Counted from the first letter of the stretch, positions 1 to 9,929 are shown. The stretch: DNA of 47,736 nt from a candidate division WOR-3 bacterium (GCA_037444665.1 JBBILZ010000011.1:1-47736), one strand, 5' to 3'. Program-made: numbers and translations. Notes: a model not told the origin generated them from the letters alone.

Positions 1-705
1 CACTTATTAATTGCTAATTTCAAACTTGCAGTTACTGAGTATGTTGCCAAAATTCAAAATAATTTCGGCATATTAGAACAAAGAATAAAAACCGAGGAAT
101 TTAGAGACTTTGCCATAAGATTTTCCCGCTATCTCATTGAAAATTTAAATTTGAATGATGTTATAAAAAGTGTAAATTTAAGGGATTATCTTAAAAACAA
201 AAGGGTTCCCGTAGATACAAAAAAACTCCACGGCGATTTTGCAAAATTAAAGATAATTAAAATTCTTGAAAATAATGGATTCATTCGTGTTGATGATAAA
301 TTAGGTAAGAAAACAACATTATTTCTTGACGGCACTGATATTCCGAGTGCAAAGGATGTAAATTATTTTTGCACAGAAAGATTTATTCAAGGGGTAAATA
401 AGCCCAATGGGAAACCAAAGAAATTTGATATAATAATTTTTCATAAATTGATCCCAAAATATCTATTTGAGGTTAATTTTTATTCTACAGAGGGAACAAA
501 AATTGGAATTAACGAGAGCGAATATATTGATTTATTAAGCACAATCAAAACAAATTTTAAATCATTAGAGTTTTATTGGATTACCGATGGTAATTATTGG
601 TTGACTTCAAGCGGTCGCTCTCGCTATTTGCGTCTTATTGAGAAATTTGGTTTTATATATAACATCAACCTTTTTGCAAAAGACATAGATAGATTCAAAA
701 TTTAA
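1..705 (+). CDS. DpnII-family type II restriction endonuclease, 5'-partial (frame open from window start)
   Basis: Frame 1 has no stop from position 1 to TAA at 703-705. Motifs KKFDIII...YLFEVNFYS..GTK...Y...FYWITDG.YW resemble DpnII/MboI-type PD-(D/E)xK nucleases. Confidence 0.7.
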   Translation, partial: HLLIANFKLAVTEYVAKIQNNFGILEQRIKTEEFRDFAIRFSRYLIENLNLNDVIKSVNLRDYLKNKRVPVDTKKLHGDFAKLKIIKILENNGFIRVDDKLGKKTTLFLDGTDIPSAKDVNYFCTERFIQGVNKPNGKPKKFDIIIFHKLIPKYLFEVNFYSTEGTKIGINESEYIDLLSTIKTNFKSLEFYWITDGNYWLTSSGRSRYLRLIEKFGFIYNINLFAKDIDRFKI

Positions 706-755
706 AAAGAGTAAATATAAGGGGTAATAAATAGTTATCAAGCGGCATTTTTAAC

Positions 756-783
756 TTGACATATTAAATATTCAGGATATAAT
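756..783 (+). promoter_or_regulatory. sigma70-type promoter TTGACA-N16-TATAAT (ATG at 790 is probably leaderless)
   Basis: Exact consensus boxes; ATG lies 6 nt after the -10 box, with no SD. Confidence 0.7.
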
Positions 784-789
784 TAGACG

Positions 790-999
790 ATGAATAGAAC
801 AAGACTTTTTGACCGGACCCTTGCGCGCACCATTTTTAAGGCAATGAAAACATTAAAACACGCCACACATTTATTAAAACTTCAGAATGAATTAAAGGAG
901 GATGTTGCAACTGTCAATATCATTTCAGCAACCGAAGAGAATATGGTTGTTAAAGGAAGTGTTAACAATTATGCTTGGCACAAACTCCTCACCTTCTAA
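790..999 (+). pseudogene. 69-aa ORF, possible internally deleted remnant of an AAA_14/DUF4143-type ATP-binding protein
   Basis: N-terminus FDRTLARTIFKAMKT resembles the segment that precedes Walker A in this family, but no Walker A follows. The rest resembles a C-terminal tail. It has its own promoter. Confidence 0.3.
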
Positions 1000-1082
1000 C
1001 CCATTAGAATCCAGACACATTATCGCCCGTAGTAAAAAAGGATATTTAATGGTTATCAAAGGAAATCAGGGGATGGGAGGGA

Positions 1083-1152
1083 GTAGGTAGTATGTAGTAT
1101 GTGGAGGATTTTGATACCAGAGAAAACAAAAAGACCAAACAGACCAGAAAGA
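1083..1152. repeat. Short low-complexity tandem repeats (GTAGGTA/GTATGTA heptamers; AGACCA-based units)
   Basis: gtaggtagtatgtagtatgt at ~1083-1102; agaccaaacagaccagaaaga at ~1132-1152. Confidence 0.5.
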
Positions 1153-1185
1153 ATCCAAATTTTTTTGAAACTCTACAACACTCCA

Positions 1186-1213
1186 TTGACAATCGCTTAA
1201 TTTTAATTATGAT
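1186..1213 (+). promoter_or_regulatory. sigma70-type promoter TTGACA-N16-TATGAT
   Basis: Near-consensus boxes upstream of ORF 1341. Confidence 0.5.
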
Positions 1214-1340
1214 ATGCTATAAAAATAAAAAAGTTCCTGGATGGCTAAATTGGAACAAATAAAATGCAGTAATCCGAATACTATCCAGATATGAATGAGT
1301 TAGCCAAAACAGTAATAAAAATGATAAAAGGGGGTAAGTC

Positions 1341-1797
1341 GTGAAAAGAAAAATCTCAATAACATTGAAAGTAATGGCAGTAGCTATAATTGCATTGTCA
1401 GCCAGTTATACAGAAGCAACAACAGCGGAAAAAATTTCCAAAAGTTCTACTGGAGGAATCGCAGTGAATATTGGTATGGGAAGTTTGTCAGGTTGCGGAC
1501 CAGGTGCTTCAGTTGAATATCAATTTTTATTGCGTTCCAATTTCCGATTAACACCGCTCGTTTCTGCAGGAATAAATTTCTCACAGGGTAGCGAAACACC
1601 AATGTATGGTTTTGGATATTGTTTTGGGCTCATTTCAGAATTCGGTAAATCACACAGGATCTTAGCGGGAATAAGTTTTGGGACACATGAAATTGACTAT
1701 GAAACAGATAGCCTTGGTCATGAAAAGAGATAACGATTTTCCAACTTCATTAATCTATGGTCCAGTATTCGGTTTCGGTCTTGGATATAAATTGTAG
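1341..1797 (+). pseudogene. Frameshifted or internally deleted outer-membrane beta-barrel-like protein
   Basis: Signal peptide and amphipathic beta-strands, with a stop at 1733. A terminal strand (LIYGPVFGFGLGYKL*) continues in another frame to TAG at 1795-1797. Confidence 0.5.
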
Positions 1798-2030
1798 GTG
1801 TTAATGATGATGTTATTTTTTACAACTATGAGTATTTCAAGTATAGCACATGGAACACTTTTCAACCTGGCGGAAAATATGTTTTAAAGGGCAAAGACCA
1901 TACCCAATAACCATACAGGCAGCCACGCCTTATAACCATAGACCATTCACTTACTCGTTCCTCGTTATACAGTTACGCCGCCCCTCTGCGATATCAATGG
2001 CAATAAAGGAATGGAAGTGCACTTTCCCTC

Positions 2031-2058
2031 TTGACAAAAGGTAAATATTGGATAAAAT
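2031..2058 (+). promoter_or_regulatory. sigma70-type promoter TTGACA-N16-TAAAAT
   Basis: Lies upstream of SD AAGGAGGT and ATG 2079. Confidence 0.6.
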
Positions 2059-2078
2059 AATAAGATTATAAAGGAGGT

Positions 2079-2558
2079 ATGATGAAAAAGATTCTTGCTT
2101 TAATGCTGGGTGCGATTTTATTTATCGCTTGCGATTTTACGAAGGAATCTGTGGCACTGAAACCGGATATAGAGGTTACTTTTATTACACCGGTTGCGGC
2201 ACCAGTTGATGAAGGCGGTACTGCTGATATTGATGAAATACATTTTATTGCCAAAAATTCTGTGGATTGTACTGTTGACCGTATGATATGGGAATATTAT
2301 AGTATAGATGGAACAAGGTTTTTGGGTCCATTCCAGGTTCCTATATATATGAAAGTAAAAGGCATTGTTGACCCGGCAGAAGTAGATACTTCTATTCTTG
2401 AGAATGTGCCATTACCAGTAGATACAGTGCTTACTTATTTAATAAGCACGAATACCTATGAAGCAGAGGCAAAACTCTATTTTGTCGCTTATGATGACTA
2501 TGGTATGGGTCGCGCTGATACAGCTGAATTTTGGTTTGGACTCTACAGAAATCCATAG
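2079..2558 (+). CDS. Hypothetical lipoprotein
   Basis: Strong SD; MMKKILALMLGAILFIAC lipoprotein signal (FIA-C). Confidence 0.75.
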   Translation: MMKKILALMLGAILFIACDFTKESVALKPDIEVTFITPVAAPVDEGGTADIDEIHFIAKNSVDCTVDRMIWEYYSIDGTRFLGPFQVPIYMKVKGIVDPAEVDTSILENVPLPVDTVLTYLISTNTYEAEAKLYFVAYDDYGMGRADTAEFWFGLYRNP

Positions 2559-2579
2559 ATAAAAATAAACTTGACAATT

Positions 2580-2613
2580 AAAAAAAGGGGACATTAAATG
2601 TCCCCCTTTTTTT
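2580..2613. terminator. Bidirectional intrinsic terminator
   Basis: A-tract, GGGGACAT-taa-ATGTCCCC stem, T-tract, between convergent genes. Confidence 0.85.
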
Positions 2614-2623
2614 AGATATTTAA

Positions 2624-3952
2624 CTAAACCCTGAATACCTTTTTAATTACTTGTTCAATTATATCCAGTCCAGTCTGGAGTTCTTGCTCATTGATAACAA
2701 GGGGCGGAATAATTCTGATAACAGATTCACCAGCACCGAGAATCAATAGCCCCTGTTTAAATGCCTCATAAACAACAGCATCCCTTTTGTCTTTGACTGG
2801 TGTCTTTGTTTTTTTATCAGTGACAAATTCAACACCTATCATCAATCCTTTTCCTCTTACATCGCCAATAAAATCATAGTGTTCTTTGAGTTCATTCATT
2901 ATATTGAGCGCAAGTTCACCGAGCCTTGCTGCATTGTCAATGAGGCCATTTTCCAATAACTCTATTGTTTTCAATGCAGCAGCACAGGAGACAGGGTTGC
3001 CGCCAAATGTTGAGGCATGGGCCCCTGGTGGCCAATCCATCAAACTACTATTAGAAACACAAACACCCAGCGGCAATCCTGAGGCAATACCTTTGGCAAT
3101 GCAATACATATCTGCCTTGGTATTAAAATGCTCAATAGCAAACATCTTGCCGGTTCTACCCATCCCTGCTTGAACTTCATCGTCTACCAGAATAATGTCA
3201 TAGTCATTACACAGTTTTCTTAATGCAGGGATAAAACTCTCTGGTGGGACAACATATCCACCTTCACCCTGAATCGGTTCTACAAAGACTGCGGCAACTT
3301 CTTCAGGTGGAGCAATCTTTTTGAATACTACTTCCTCAATATATTTTATACATTCAAGATTACACCCGGGATAATTAAGATTAAAAGGACAACGATAGCA
3401 ATACGCATAGGGAACATGGGTCACATCAGGTAAGAGTGGTCCAAAAAACCTTCGCTGTCCTGCTTTTGAAGAGGTTAATGATAATGCACCGTATGTTCTT
3501 CCATGGAACGCACCAGTGAATGCGATATATCTTGGCCTGCGTGTATGATACCTTGCGAGTTTCATTGCACATTCTATGGATTCTGCACCAGAGTTGCCAA
3601 AGAAAACCTTTTTGTTTTTTGCACCGGGTACGATTTCAGCAAGTTTTTCAGCAAGGTCAATTTGATATGGGTAATAAAAATCGGTTCCTGACATATGGAG
3701 TAATTTTTCAGATTGTTCTTTTATTGCTTTTGTTATTTCAGGATGACAATGGCCCGTTGCAAGGACTGCAATGCCTGCTGAAAAATCTAAAAATTCATTT
3801 CCATCTACATCAGTAACCCAGACCCCGCTGCCCTTCTCAATCACTGCTGGATATGACCTGGTATAAGATGGTGAAATATACTTGGAATCCATCTTTAAGA
3901 ATGTCCTTGCCTTTGGACCAGGTAATTCTGTTACAATCTTCGGTCTTTTCAT
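2624..3952 (-). CDS. Class III PLP-dependent aminotransferase (4-aminobutyrate/acetylornithine aminotransferase family)
   Basis: Motifs DVDGNEFLDF, GAFHGRT, EPIQGEGG, DEVQAGMGRTG, AKGIASG (PLP Lys), STFGGNP. Confidence 0.9.
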   Translation of the reverse strand: MKRPKIVTELPGPKARTFLKMDSKYISPSYTRSYPAVIEKGSGVWVTDVDGNEFLDFSAGIAVLATGHCHPEITKAIKEQSEKLLHMSGTDFYYPYQIDLAEKLAEIVPGAKNKKVFFGNSGAESIECAMKLARYHTRRPRYIAFTGAFHGRTYGALSLTSSKAGQRRFFGPLLPDVTHVPYAYCYRCPFNLNYPGCNLECIKYIEEVVFKKIAPPEEVAAVFVEPIQGEGGYVVPPESFIPALRKLCNDYDIILVDDEVQAGMGRTGKMFAIEHFNTKADMYCIAKGIASGLPLGVCVSNSSLMDWPPGAHASTFGGNPVSCAAALKTIELLENGLIDNAARLGELALNIMNELKEHYDFIGDVRGKGLMIGVEFVTDKKTKTPVKDKRDAVVYEAFKQGLLILGAGESVIRIIPPLVINEQELQTGLDIIEQVIKKVFRV

Positions 3953-4001
3953 ATAGTTCCTTTCTCTTGCAGGTATTAAGGCATTCTAAATTTCAGGCAT
4001 T

Positions 4002-5492
4002 TTACTCCTGCCATGTGTCTATCTGTGCCTTTTGTAACACACCCGAGTAATCAATATAGACTGTCTTCACTTCAGTAAATATCTCATAAGCGGTCCAGCC
4101 ACCTTCTCTGTGCCCATTTCCAGTGTTCTTCATTCCGCCAAAAGGTAGATGGCATTCAGCGCCAATTGTTGGTGCGTTTATGTATACGATTCCTGTCTCG
4201 GCAATCTCAGCTGCCTTTTGGGCTTTATTTAGGTCATTGGTGTAGATACTTGAAGAAAGGCCATAGGTTGTGCCATTCAAGATTTCAATTGCCTGTTCAA
4301 AACTCTTCGCTTTAATAACCGAGAGGACAGGGCCAAAGATCTCTTCCTGGGCAATTCTCATCATTGGTAAGACATCAATAAAGACAGTTGGTTTATAAAA
4401 CCAGCCTTTAGCACATTCTCCTTCTGTATATGGCTCTCCGCCAGTCAGTAGTTTTGCTCCTTCTTTTTTTCCGATATCTACATAGCTTGCGACTGTATCA
4501 CGCTGTGCCTTATTCACAAGAGGTCCAACATCAACAGATTCATCAAGCCCATTGCCAAGTTTTAATTTTGCAACCCGTGCCTTGAGCATCTCAATAAATT
4601 TATTGTAGACTGGTTCCTCAATAATCAGGCGTGAAGTAGCAGTGCAACGCTGTCCTGTAGTTCCAAAAGCACCCCATACTACACCTTCTAATGCCAGTTC
4701 CAGATTTGCATCAGCCAGGACCACCTGACCATTCTTGCCACCGAGTTCTAAGGAACAACGTTTAAGTGTTTTTCCGCAGACCTCACCAATACGTCTACCA
4801 ATATCTGATGAGCCCGTAAATGATACACCAACAATATCAGGATGATTTAATATTGCTTCACCAATTTCTCCACCACCCCCATACACAATGTTTAATACAC
4901 CTTCAGGTAGACCCGCTTCATATAAGATCTGAACCAATTCTCCGGCTGAAGCAGGGGTATCAGTTGCTGGTTTGATAACTGCAGTATTTCCGCTCAAAAT
5001 GCAGGGGAATATTTTCCAGGACGGAATTGCAACTGGAAAGTTCCAGGGTGTAATGAGCCCCCAGACACCGAGCGGGTCTCTACGGGTAAAGCATATTTTA
5101 TTAGATAACTCAGAAGGAACAGTATAGCCAAAATATCTTCTACCCTGTCCTGCTGCATAAAGGGCAGTATCAATCCCTTCCTGATAATCACCGCGTGTTT
5201 CTTTTATTACTTTACCCATTTCTCGGGTCATCAGCCTTGCTGCTTCCTCTTTTTTTGAAATCATTATCTCAGCAGCACGGCGCATTATCTCAGCCCTTTT
5301 TGGTAATGGAATTGCGCGCCACTTCGGATATGCCTTTTTTGCTGCCTCAATCGCAGCATTCAAATCTTCAACATTTGATTTGGGAAATATTCCAATCAAT
5401 TCATCCCAGTTTGCCGGGTTTCTATTTTCAAATGTTCTGCCGGATTTAGAAGTCACAAATTTGCCATTAATAAAATTTTTATATTCTTTCAT
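4002..5492 (-). CDS. NAD(P)-dependent aldehyde dehydrogenase
   Basis: Motifs [24 protein letters not shown] (catalytic Cys), EEIFGPV, PFGG. Confidence 0.92.
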   Translation of the reverse strand: MKEYKNFINGKFVTSKSGRTFENRNPANWDELIGIFPKSNVEDLNAAIEAAKKAYPKWRAIPLPKRAEIMRRAAEIMISKKEEAARLMTREMGKVIKETRGDYQEGIDTALYAAGQGRRYFGYTVPSELSNKICFTRRDPLGVWGLITPWNFPVAIPSWKIFPCILSGNTAVIKPATDTPASAGELVQILYEAGLPEGVLNIVYGGGGEIGEAILNHPDIVGVSFTGSSDIGRRIGEVCGKTLKRCSLELGGKNGQVVLADANLELALEGVVWGAFGTTGQRCTATSRLIIEEPVYNKFIEMLKARVAKLKLGNGLDESVDVGPLVNKAQRDTVASYVDIGKKEGAKLLTGGEPYTEGECAKGWFYKPTVFIDVLPMMRIAQEEIFGPVLSVIKAKSFEQAIEILNGTTYGLSSSIYTNDLNKAQKAAEIAETGIVYINAPTIGAECHLPFGGMKNTGNGHREGGWTAYEIFTEVKTVYIDYSGVLQKAQIDTWQE

Positions 5493-5518
5493 TATAGCAC
5501 TCCTTTCTGTGGAAAAAT

Positions 5519-5546
5519 ATTATAACCAAATTAATGACTAAGTCAA
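5519..5546 (-). promoter_or_regulatory. sigma70-type promoter TTGACT-N16-TATAAT for the ALDH-aminotransferase operon
   Basis: Consensus boxes on the minus strand, upstream of SD AAAGGAG. Confidence 0.7.
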
Positions 5547-5562
5547 GGATTCTGGGTGCTTG

Positions 5563-6196
5563 CCCTTCCCTCTGTAGAACCTGCCTTGAATCCTGGCTTG
5601 GCGCCAGGACAGGATTATTTCAGGGAGGGTATCATTGTAAATATAAAACGCAAACCCCGATGGTTTTTGTCCTACAAGGCTGAACTCTTCAAAATTGTAG
5701 TGTAGGGCTTTATGCCCGTGAAATGCGGATATCAGAGTATTAGGATATATGAGGGAAGGGTATCAGGATATCAGATTATTTACTTGTATTGTAATTTCAA
5801 TACAATCCGCCACGCAACATGGCGGACTAAATTCAAAACACTAAATTTTAAACAGATCAGAAATTCTAAATCCCAATTGGGATCCCTCGTTGCACTCGGG
5901 ACAATGCTACGCATTGGATTGCTTCGTCGCTTCGCTCCTCGCAATGACAAAAAAGAAAAAAACAGAGTGTTAAAATTTTTTTACTGAAAAATGCTGTAAA
6001 TCTGCTCGGAGATTCCATTTGAACGAAATTAACCAAAAATAGTATGAATAATTCGGGCTAAGCGGAAAAGCTTTCATAAATCAAAAAAATAGTTGTAGGA
6101 GGCACTTTTGGTACTGAGAGATGTAAAGATTTTTTCGCGCAATTAAAAGCGTTGTCCCTACAAAAAACAGGAAGCCTCATAAATGAGGCAACTACA
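5563..6196. repeat. Mosaic of REP-like palindromes
   Basis: TCCTGGC/GCCAGGA hairpin (5591-5609); TCCGCCA/TGGCGGA (5806-5826); GATTGCTTCGTCGCTTCGCTCCTCGCAATGAC (5917-5948); TTGTAGG...CCTACAA (6093-6163); GCCTCAT-aa-ATGAGGC-AACTACA (6174-6196). Confidence 0.65.
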
Positions 6197-6220
6197 AAAG
6201 AGAAAGTAAAGGTATATAAA

Positions 6221-8188
6221 TCACTTCCACAATATTTCACCGAATAATGTCCTGCGGGGCATTGGATAATCCTTATCATCTATGCTGTTACCGAATTGAA
6301 TTGCATAGGCAGAATCAAAGAGATTTTTTATGCCAAAATTCAAGCCAAGGTGTTCAAAAAAGGTTTTATGCAGATTTAGATTGACAAGTAAATATGGACT
6401 TAATCTTTTTGTATCCATAAAAATAGTGGGTAACTCAGTCCAGTTTTCATAGTAATTACATCGCGCACCAGTGTAATCGGTTTTTATATTTAAGACAAGG
6501 TCTGGATTAATCTGATATTCAAATTTTGTCGAGAACATAAACGAGGGAATAAAAGCAGCAGACCGTTCAATTTCCTGAAATTCCATATCTGAATTTATAA
6601 AATCATAATAGACCAATTCTCTATTTCTCTGCCTTGCAAATAAGTATGTTCCATCAATGGAAATCTTTATACGATCTTTTAATTTTGTGTGGAATTCGAT
6701 TTCTAATCCAGTAATCCTTATGTGATTTATATTTTGTGGCTTCCAGAAACCGTCTACTGTGGGAAGCCAGGTGATCCGATCATTGATTTCACGCAAGAAA
6801 AATGACATTGCCGTGAATATTTTGTAAAACGGAGACGATTCTATCCTTATCTCATAGGCATTGCCATATTCTGGTTTTAAATCCTGATTTCCGTAAATTG
6901 GCCAGTAAAGGTCATTAAAGCCTGGTGCCCGAAATGCCCTTGCAATTGATAATTTCAGCCACACCTTTTGGCTGAGTTCTGAAACCAGACCCAGCGATGG
7001 GGAGAAGAAATTACCATAAGAAGAATTATAATCATACCGGATACCAGGATTGAGTGTCAAAAAATTTGAAATTCTTTTTACCAGTGTTGTCCATAAGCCA
7101 TAATTGTTCGCCTTTGCGTTCCAGGTCGTATCACCAGTTTGAAGGGATTTTTTTATTGCCTTCAGGGTATCGTAGCGAAAATCAAATCCCAGCACCAATT
7201 TATCTGCACCTGATTCATAAAGCAGAGAAGTATTGGCACCGATTGTCATCAATGAATAATAATAGTCTTCATTTGTAATGTCCCAGAATAGAAATTTTGT
7301 AGCATAATGATTGTCCTGAACATTGCAAAAGAGATTGGTTGATAGAGATAGGTTGTGAACTGGTTTATAAACAATAGCACAGTCATTGAGCCATATTCTA
7401 TCTATTTGTTTATCAAATCTTGATGTTGCGGTACTGTCTCCGAGATACGGAACTGGATGGATACTATCAACAAGTGGTTGGGGCCCGGGCAAACCGTAAT
7501 CCCTAACAATAAAATTGGTTGTGAAACGCAGGGAAAGCAAAGTGGCAACATAACCGAACTGGTTTTTTAAAGAAAATCCTTGATTGTCACTATTGGTTCT
7601 TGCACCAGTAAAAGAATTTTTTCTGCTGGTTATTTTGTAATAGAAATTATTTACAGGAATTGTGTAATTCAAAAAATATTCAGTATTGCTAAACTTCTGC
7701 AGAACATCTCCAATTTCATATCTCACTTTTGCACTACCTTCTGACAAATCCTTGCCTTTTTTTGTAATGATATTTATAATACCACCGATACCATTTGCAC
7801 CATAAAGACTGGAAACAGGTCCTTTAATAATCTCAATCTGTTCAATATCACTTACTTCAATATAACTTATGTCTGCAATTCCAGTCTGCATGGAGTTGAG
7901 CGGGATACCATCCAGTAAAACTATTACACCTGAACTTGGCGTTCCCCTGATGCTGATGCTTGTCACTGAACCTGGGTTTCCATAATCCTTTACATCTATA
8001 CCTGTAAGATTATGGAGGATTTCGCCAAGGCTTGATGGACTTTGTGCCTCAATGGTTTTCCGGTCAATTACAATGGTACCCGCACTTATATCTTGTAGCA
8101 TTGCTGGATAGCGGGTTGCCGTAACTACGACACCTCCTACTTCATAGACCTGGTTGATAATAAATGGTAATATGATTAAGGGAATCAT
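6221..8188 (-). CDS. btuB: TonB-dependent outer-membrane receptor, BtuB-like (cobalamin)
   Basis: TonB box GVVVTATR; plug motifs SISIRG, LLDGIPLN, IEIIKGPVSSLYG..GIGGIINIIT; AFRAPGFNDLY; C-terminal NLFD..Y...YPMPRRT. A cobalamin riboswitch lies upstream. Confidence 0.8.
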   Translation of the reverse strand: MIPLIILPFIINQVYEVGGVVVTATRYPAMLQDISAGTIVIDRKTIEAQSPSSLGEILHNLTGIDVKDYGNPGSVTSISIRGTPSSGVIVLLDGIPLNSMQTGIADISYIEVSDIEQIEIIKGPVSSLYGANGIGGIINIITKKGKDLSEGSAKVRYEIGDVLQKFSNTEYFLNYTIPVNNFYYKITSRKNSFTGARTNSDNQGFSLKNQFGYVATLLSLRFTTNFIVRDYGLPGPQPLVDSIHPVPYLGDSTATSRFDKQIDRIWLNDCAIVYKPVHNLSLSTNLFCNVQDNHYATKFLFWDITNEDYYYSLMTIGANTSLLYESGADKLVLGFDFRYDTLKAIKKSLQTGDTTWNAKANNYGLWTTLVKRISNFLTLNPGIRYDYNSSYGNFFSPSLGLVSELSQKVWLKLSIARAFRAPGFNDLYWPIYGNQDLKPEYGNAYEIRIESSPFYKIFTAMSFFLREINDRITWLPTVDGFWKPQNINHIRITGLEIEFHTKLKDRIKISIDGTYLFARQRNRELVYYDFINSDMEFQEIERSAAFIPSFMFSTKFEYQINPDLVLNIKTDYTGARCNYYENWTELPTIFMDTKRLSPYLLVNLNLHKTFFEHLGLNFGIKNLFDSAYAIQFGNSIDDKDYPMPRRTLFGEILWK

Positions 8189-8255
8189 TTTTTACCTCCT
8201 TTCGTCCGAAGGACTCCCTTTACCCGTTATAAAAAATTTTTTAACGGGAGCAATC

Positions 8256-8428
8256 TGCTGGGGATAGGTCTCCTGGCTCATCCGTTTCTGACCGTCTTCC
8301 CACCCTTTTATTTTTAAGGGCAGTGACTTTTATTGGTCAGAAGACTTTCTCTACTTTTCGTAGAGACGGAATTACAGTAGCGGCGACTACGGCCGATTTT
8401 CACAGCACTTCCCTTGAATCCCTCAGCA
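8256..8428 (-). ncRNA. Cobalamin riboswitch
   Basis: Minus strand reads AAGGGAAG-TGCTGTGAAAATCGGC...CCGCTACTGTAA...GTCACTG...GGGAAGAC...GAGCCAGGAGACCT (B12 box), closed by TGCTGAGGGAT/ATCCCCAGCA. A downstream TCCTTCG/CGAAAGGA hairpin could sequester the SD. Confidence 0.88.
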
Positions 8429-8432
8429 AACA

Positions 8433-8460
8433 ATTATATCAAAAAAAAATTCTATGTCAA
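8433..8460 (-). promoter_or_regulatory. sigma70-type promoter TTGACA-N16-TATAAT driving riboswitch-btuB
   Basis: Exact consensus immediately 5' of the riboswitch. Confidence 0.75.
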
Positions 8461-8476
8461 TAATTTTAATCTATTA

Positions 8477-9847
8477 TTATTTAATCCTTCTGGCTGGCTT
8501 GATTGTGGATTTGATTTCATTGTTGCTGAAATGTCCAATGCCGATGGGTAAGTTATTAAATTTAACAATGACAAATTCGCCAGATCCATTTGCATATTTT
8601 TTTATATTCTCTCCTTTTAGGAATTTTTTCAATTGCCACTCATTTATTTCTAAGATATTCTTTTTTGCATCTTTGCCAAATATCTGAATAAAATCATTAT
8701 CCGGCTTGAGATTGTTTCCGTATATTCTGCCAATCTCAATACCCTTTCTTATACCGGTAATTTCAAAGAAGGTATATGCTTCTGGTGTGCTAATATAAAA
8801 AGTATCATTTTTACGGTAAACCGCATAGTCTTCAAAACCATTTTTTTGAATTCCAAATTGCTGGAGGCACAAGTCAATTACTCTATTCTGAAATTCAATT
8901 TTTCCGTGATAACCAGGACGGAACTGGGGCAAACCTCTTTTCGTAATCTTTACTACAAAAAAAGGAGCAGTATCATTGTCCTGCGGTAAAATTCTTGCAC
9001 AATGCTTCATCCTTGTATCATAATTTTCATTCTGCCATTTTACAATTCCTTCGCGTAATTTGAAATATGGGATATTAATGGGTAATATTTCTGCTTCAGG
9101 AAATTTTCTTAATAAATAATCAATTACCCCTTCATTTTCTTCTGGTGCCACAGTGCAGGTAGAATAGACCATTATTCCACCGGGTTTTAGCGCCCTGAAT
9201 GCAGAAATGATTAATCCTTTTTGAATGTGTGACATCTTCTGAATATTCTTAATCCCCCAATGGTATAAAACTTTTTTTGATTTTCTAATTGTGCCTTCTG
9301 CAGAACACGGGGCATCAAGTAAGATTTTGTCAAAATAATTGGGTAACATATCACCGATTCGTTCACCCGGAATAGAGATAATAACTTCATTCAATAGTCC
9401 ACACTTTTTTACATTATGGATAAGTCCTGATATCCTTTTGGGATTGAGCTCATTGGCAACAATAATGCCTTTGTTATCCACCAATTGTGCGAGCTGGGTC
9501 GTTTTTGAACCGGGTGAGGCACAAAGGTCAAGTATAACTTCGTTCTGACGGGGTTCAAGCACAATGGCAGGTATCATAGAGGCGATTTCTTGAATATAGA
9601 TTAGCCCTAATTGATGGGTAAAATGGTTGCCAATGCCATAGCCACTATCTAAAATATATCCATCTTTAAAAAATTTTATTTGACTCAGATGGAAATCTTT
9701 AAGGCTGTTCAATATAGTTTCAGGTTTAGACTTCAGGGTGTTTAACCTTAATGATATTTTCTGCGGTTTATTCAAAAAGTCTATAAAATCCTTATAATCC
9801 GGAACAATACTCTGATATCGGGAAAAGAGTTTTTCAATATTCATCAT
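8477..9847 (-). CDS. RsmB/RsmF (NOL1/NOP2/sun) family RNA m5C methyltransferase
   Basis: Motifs YIQEIASM, LDLCASPGSKT, ILLDAPCS, VYSTCT..PEENE, plus a C-terminal extension. Confidence 0.88.
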   Translation of the reverse strand: MMNIEKLFSRYQSIVPDYKDFIDFLNKPQKISLRLNTLKSKPETILNSLKDFHLSQIKFFKDGYILDSGYGIGNHFTHQLGLIYIQEIASMIPAIVLEPRQNEVILDLCASPGSKTTQLAQLVDNKGIIVANELNPKRISGLIHNVKKCGLLNEVIISIPGERIGDMLPNYFDKILLDAPCSAEGTIRKSKKVLYHWGIKNIQKMSHIQKGLIISAFRALKPGGIMVYSTCTVAPEENEGVIDYLLRKFPEAEILPINIPYFKLREGIVKWQNENYDTRMKHCARILPQDNDTAPFFVVKITKRGLPQFRPGYHGKIEFQNRVIDLCLQQFGIQKNGFEDYAVYRKNDTFYISTPEAYTFFEITGIRKGIEIGRIYGNNLKPDNDFIQIFGKDAKKNILEINEWQLKKFLKGENIKKYANGSGEFVIVKFNNLPIGIGHFSNNEIKSTIKPARRIK

Positions 9848-9850
9848 TGG

Positions 9851-9878
9851 ATTATATTAAATAATCTTCCGGAGTCAA
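9851..9878 (-). promoter_or_regulatory. sigma70-type promoter TTGACT-N16-TATAAT (leaderless)
   Basis: ATGs lie 3 and 6 nt downstream of the -10 box; no SD. Confidence 0.7.
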
Positions 9879-9929
9879 GAAATTGTTTTATACATTCGGT
9901 TTGAGAAATATGAATTCTATATTTTTCAG

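Noticed and set aside
1242..1306. Possible integron attC site (TGGCTAA ... GTTAGCCA) ahead of the 1341 gene
   Set aside because: The left core is GGCTAAA rather than RYYYAAC, the interior is poorly palindromic, and there is no second attC or integrase in the window.
902..2044. Short ORFs 902-1090 and 1850-2044
   Set aside because: No SD or promoter and no recognisable motifs; they overlap low-complexity sequence.
5551..5635. Long hairpin considered as 6S RNA, SRP RNA or a riboswitch for the ALDH operon
   Set aside because: It lacks the SRP core and recognisable 6S features, and it lies upstream of the ALDH promoter. Nested palindromic repeats explain it better; an Rfam scan would settle it.
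5712..6279. ORFs 5712-5987 (+) and 6058-6279 (-)
   Set aside because: They are translations of palindromic and low-complexity repeats, with no SD or protein motifs.
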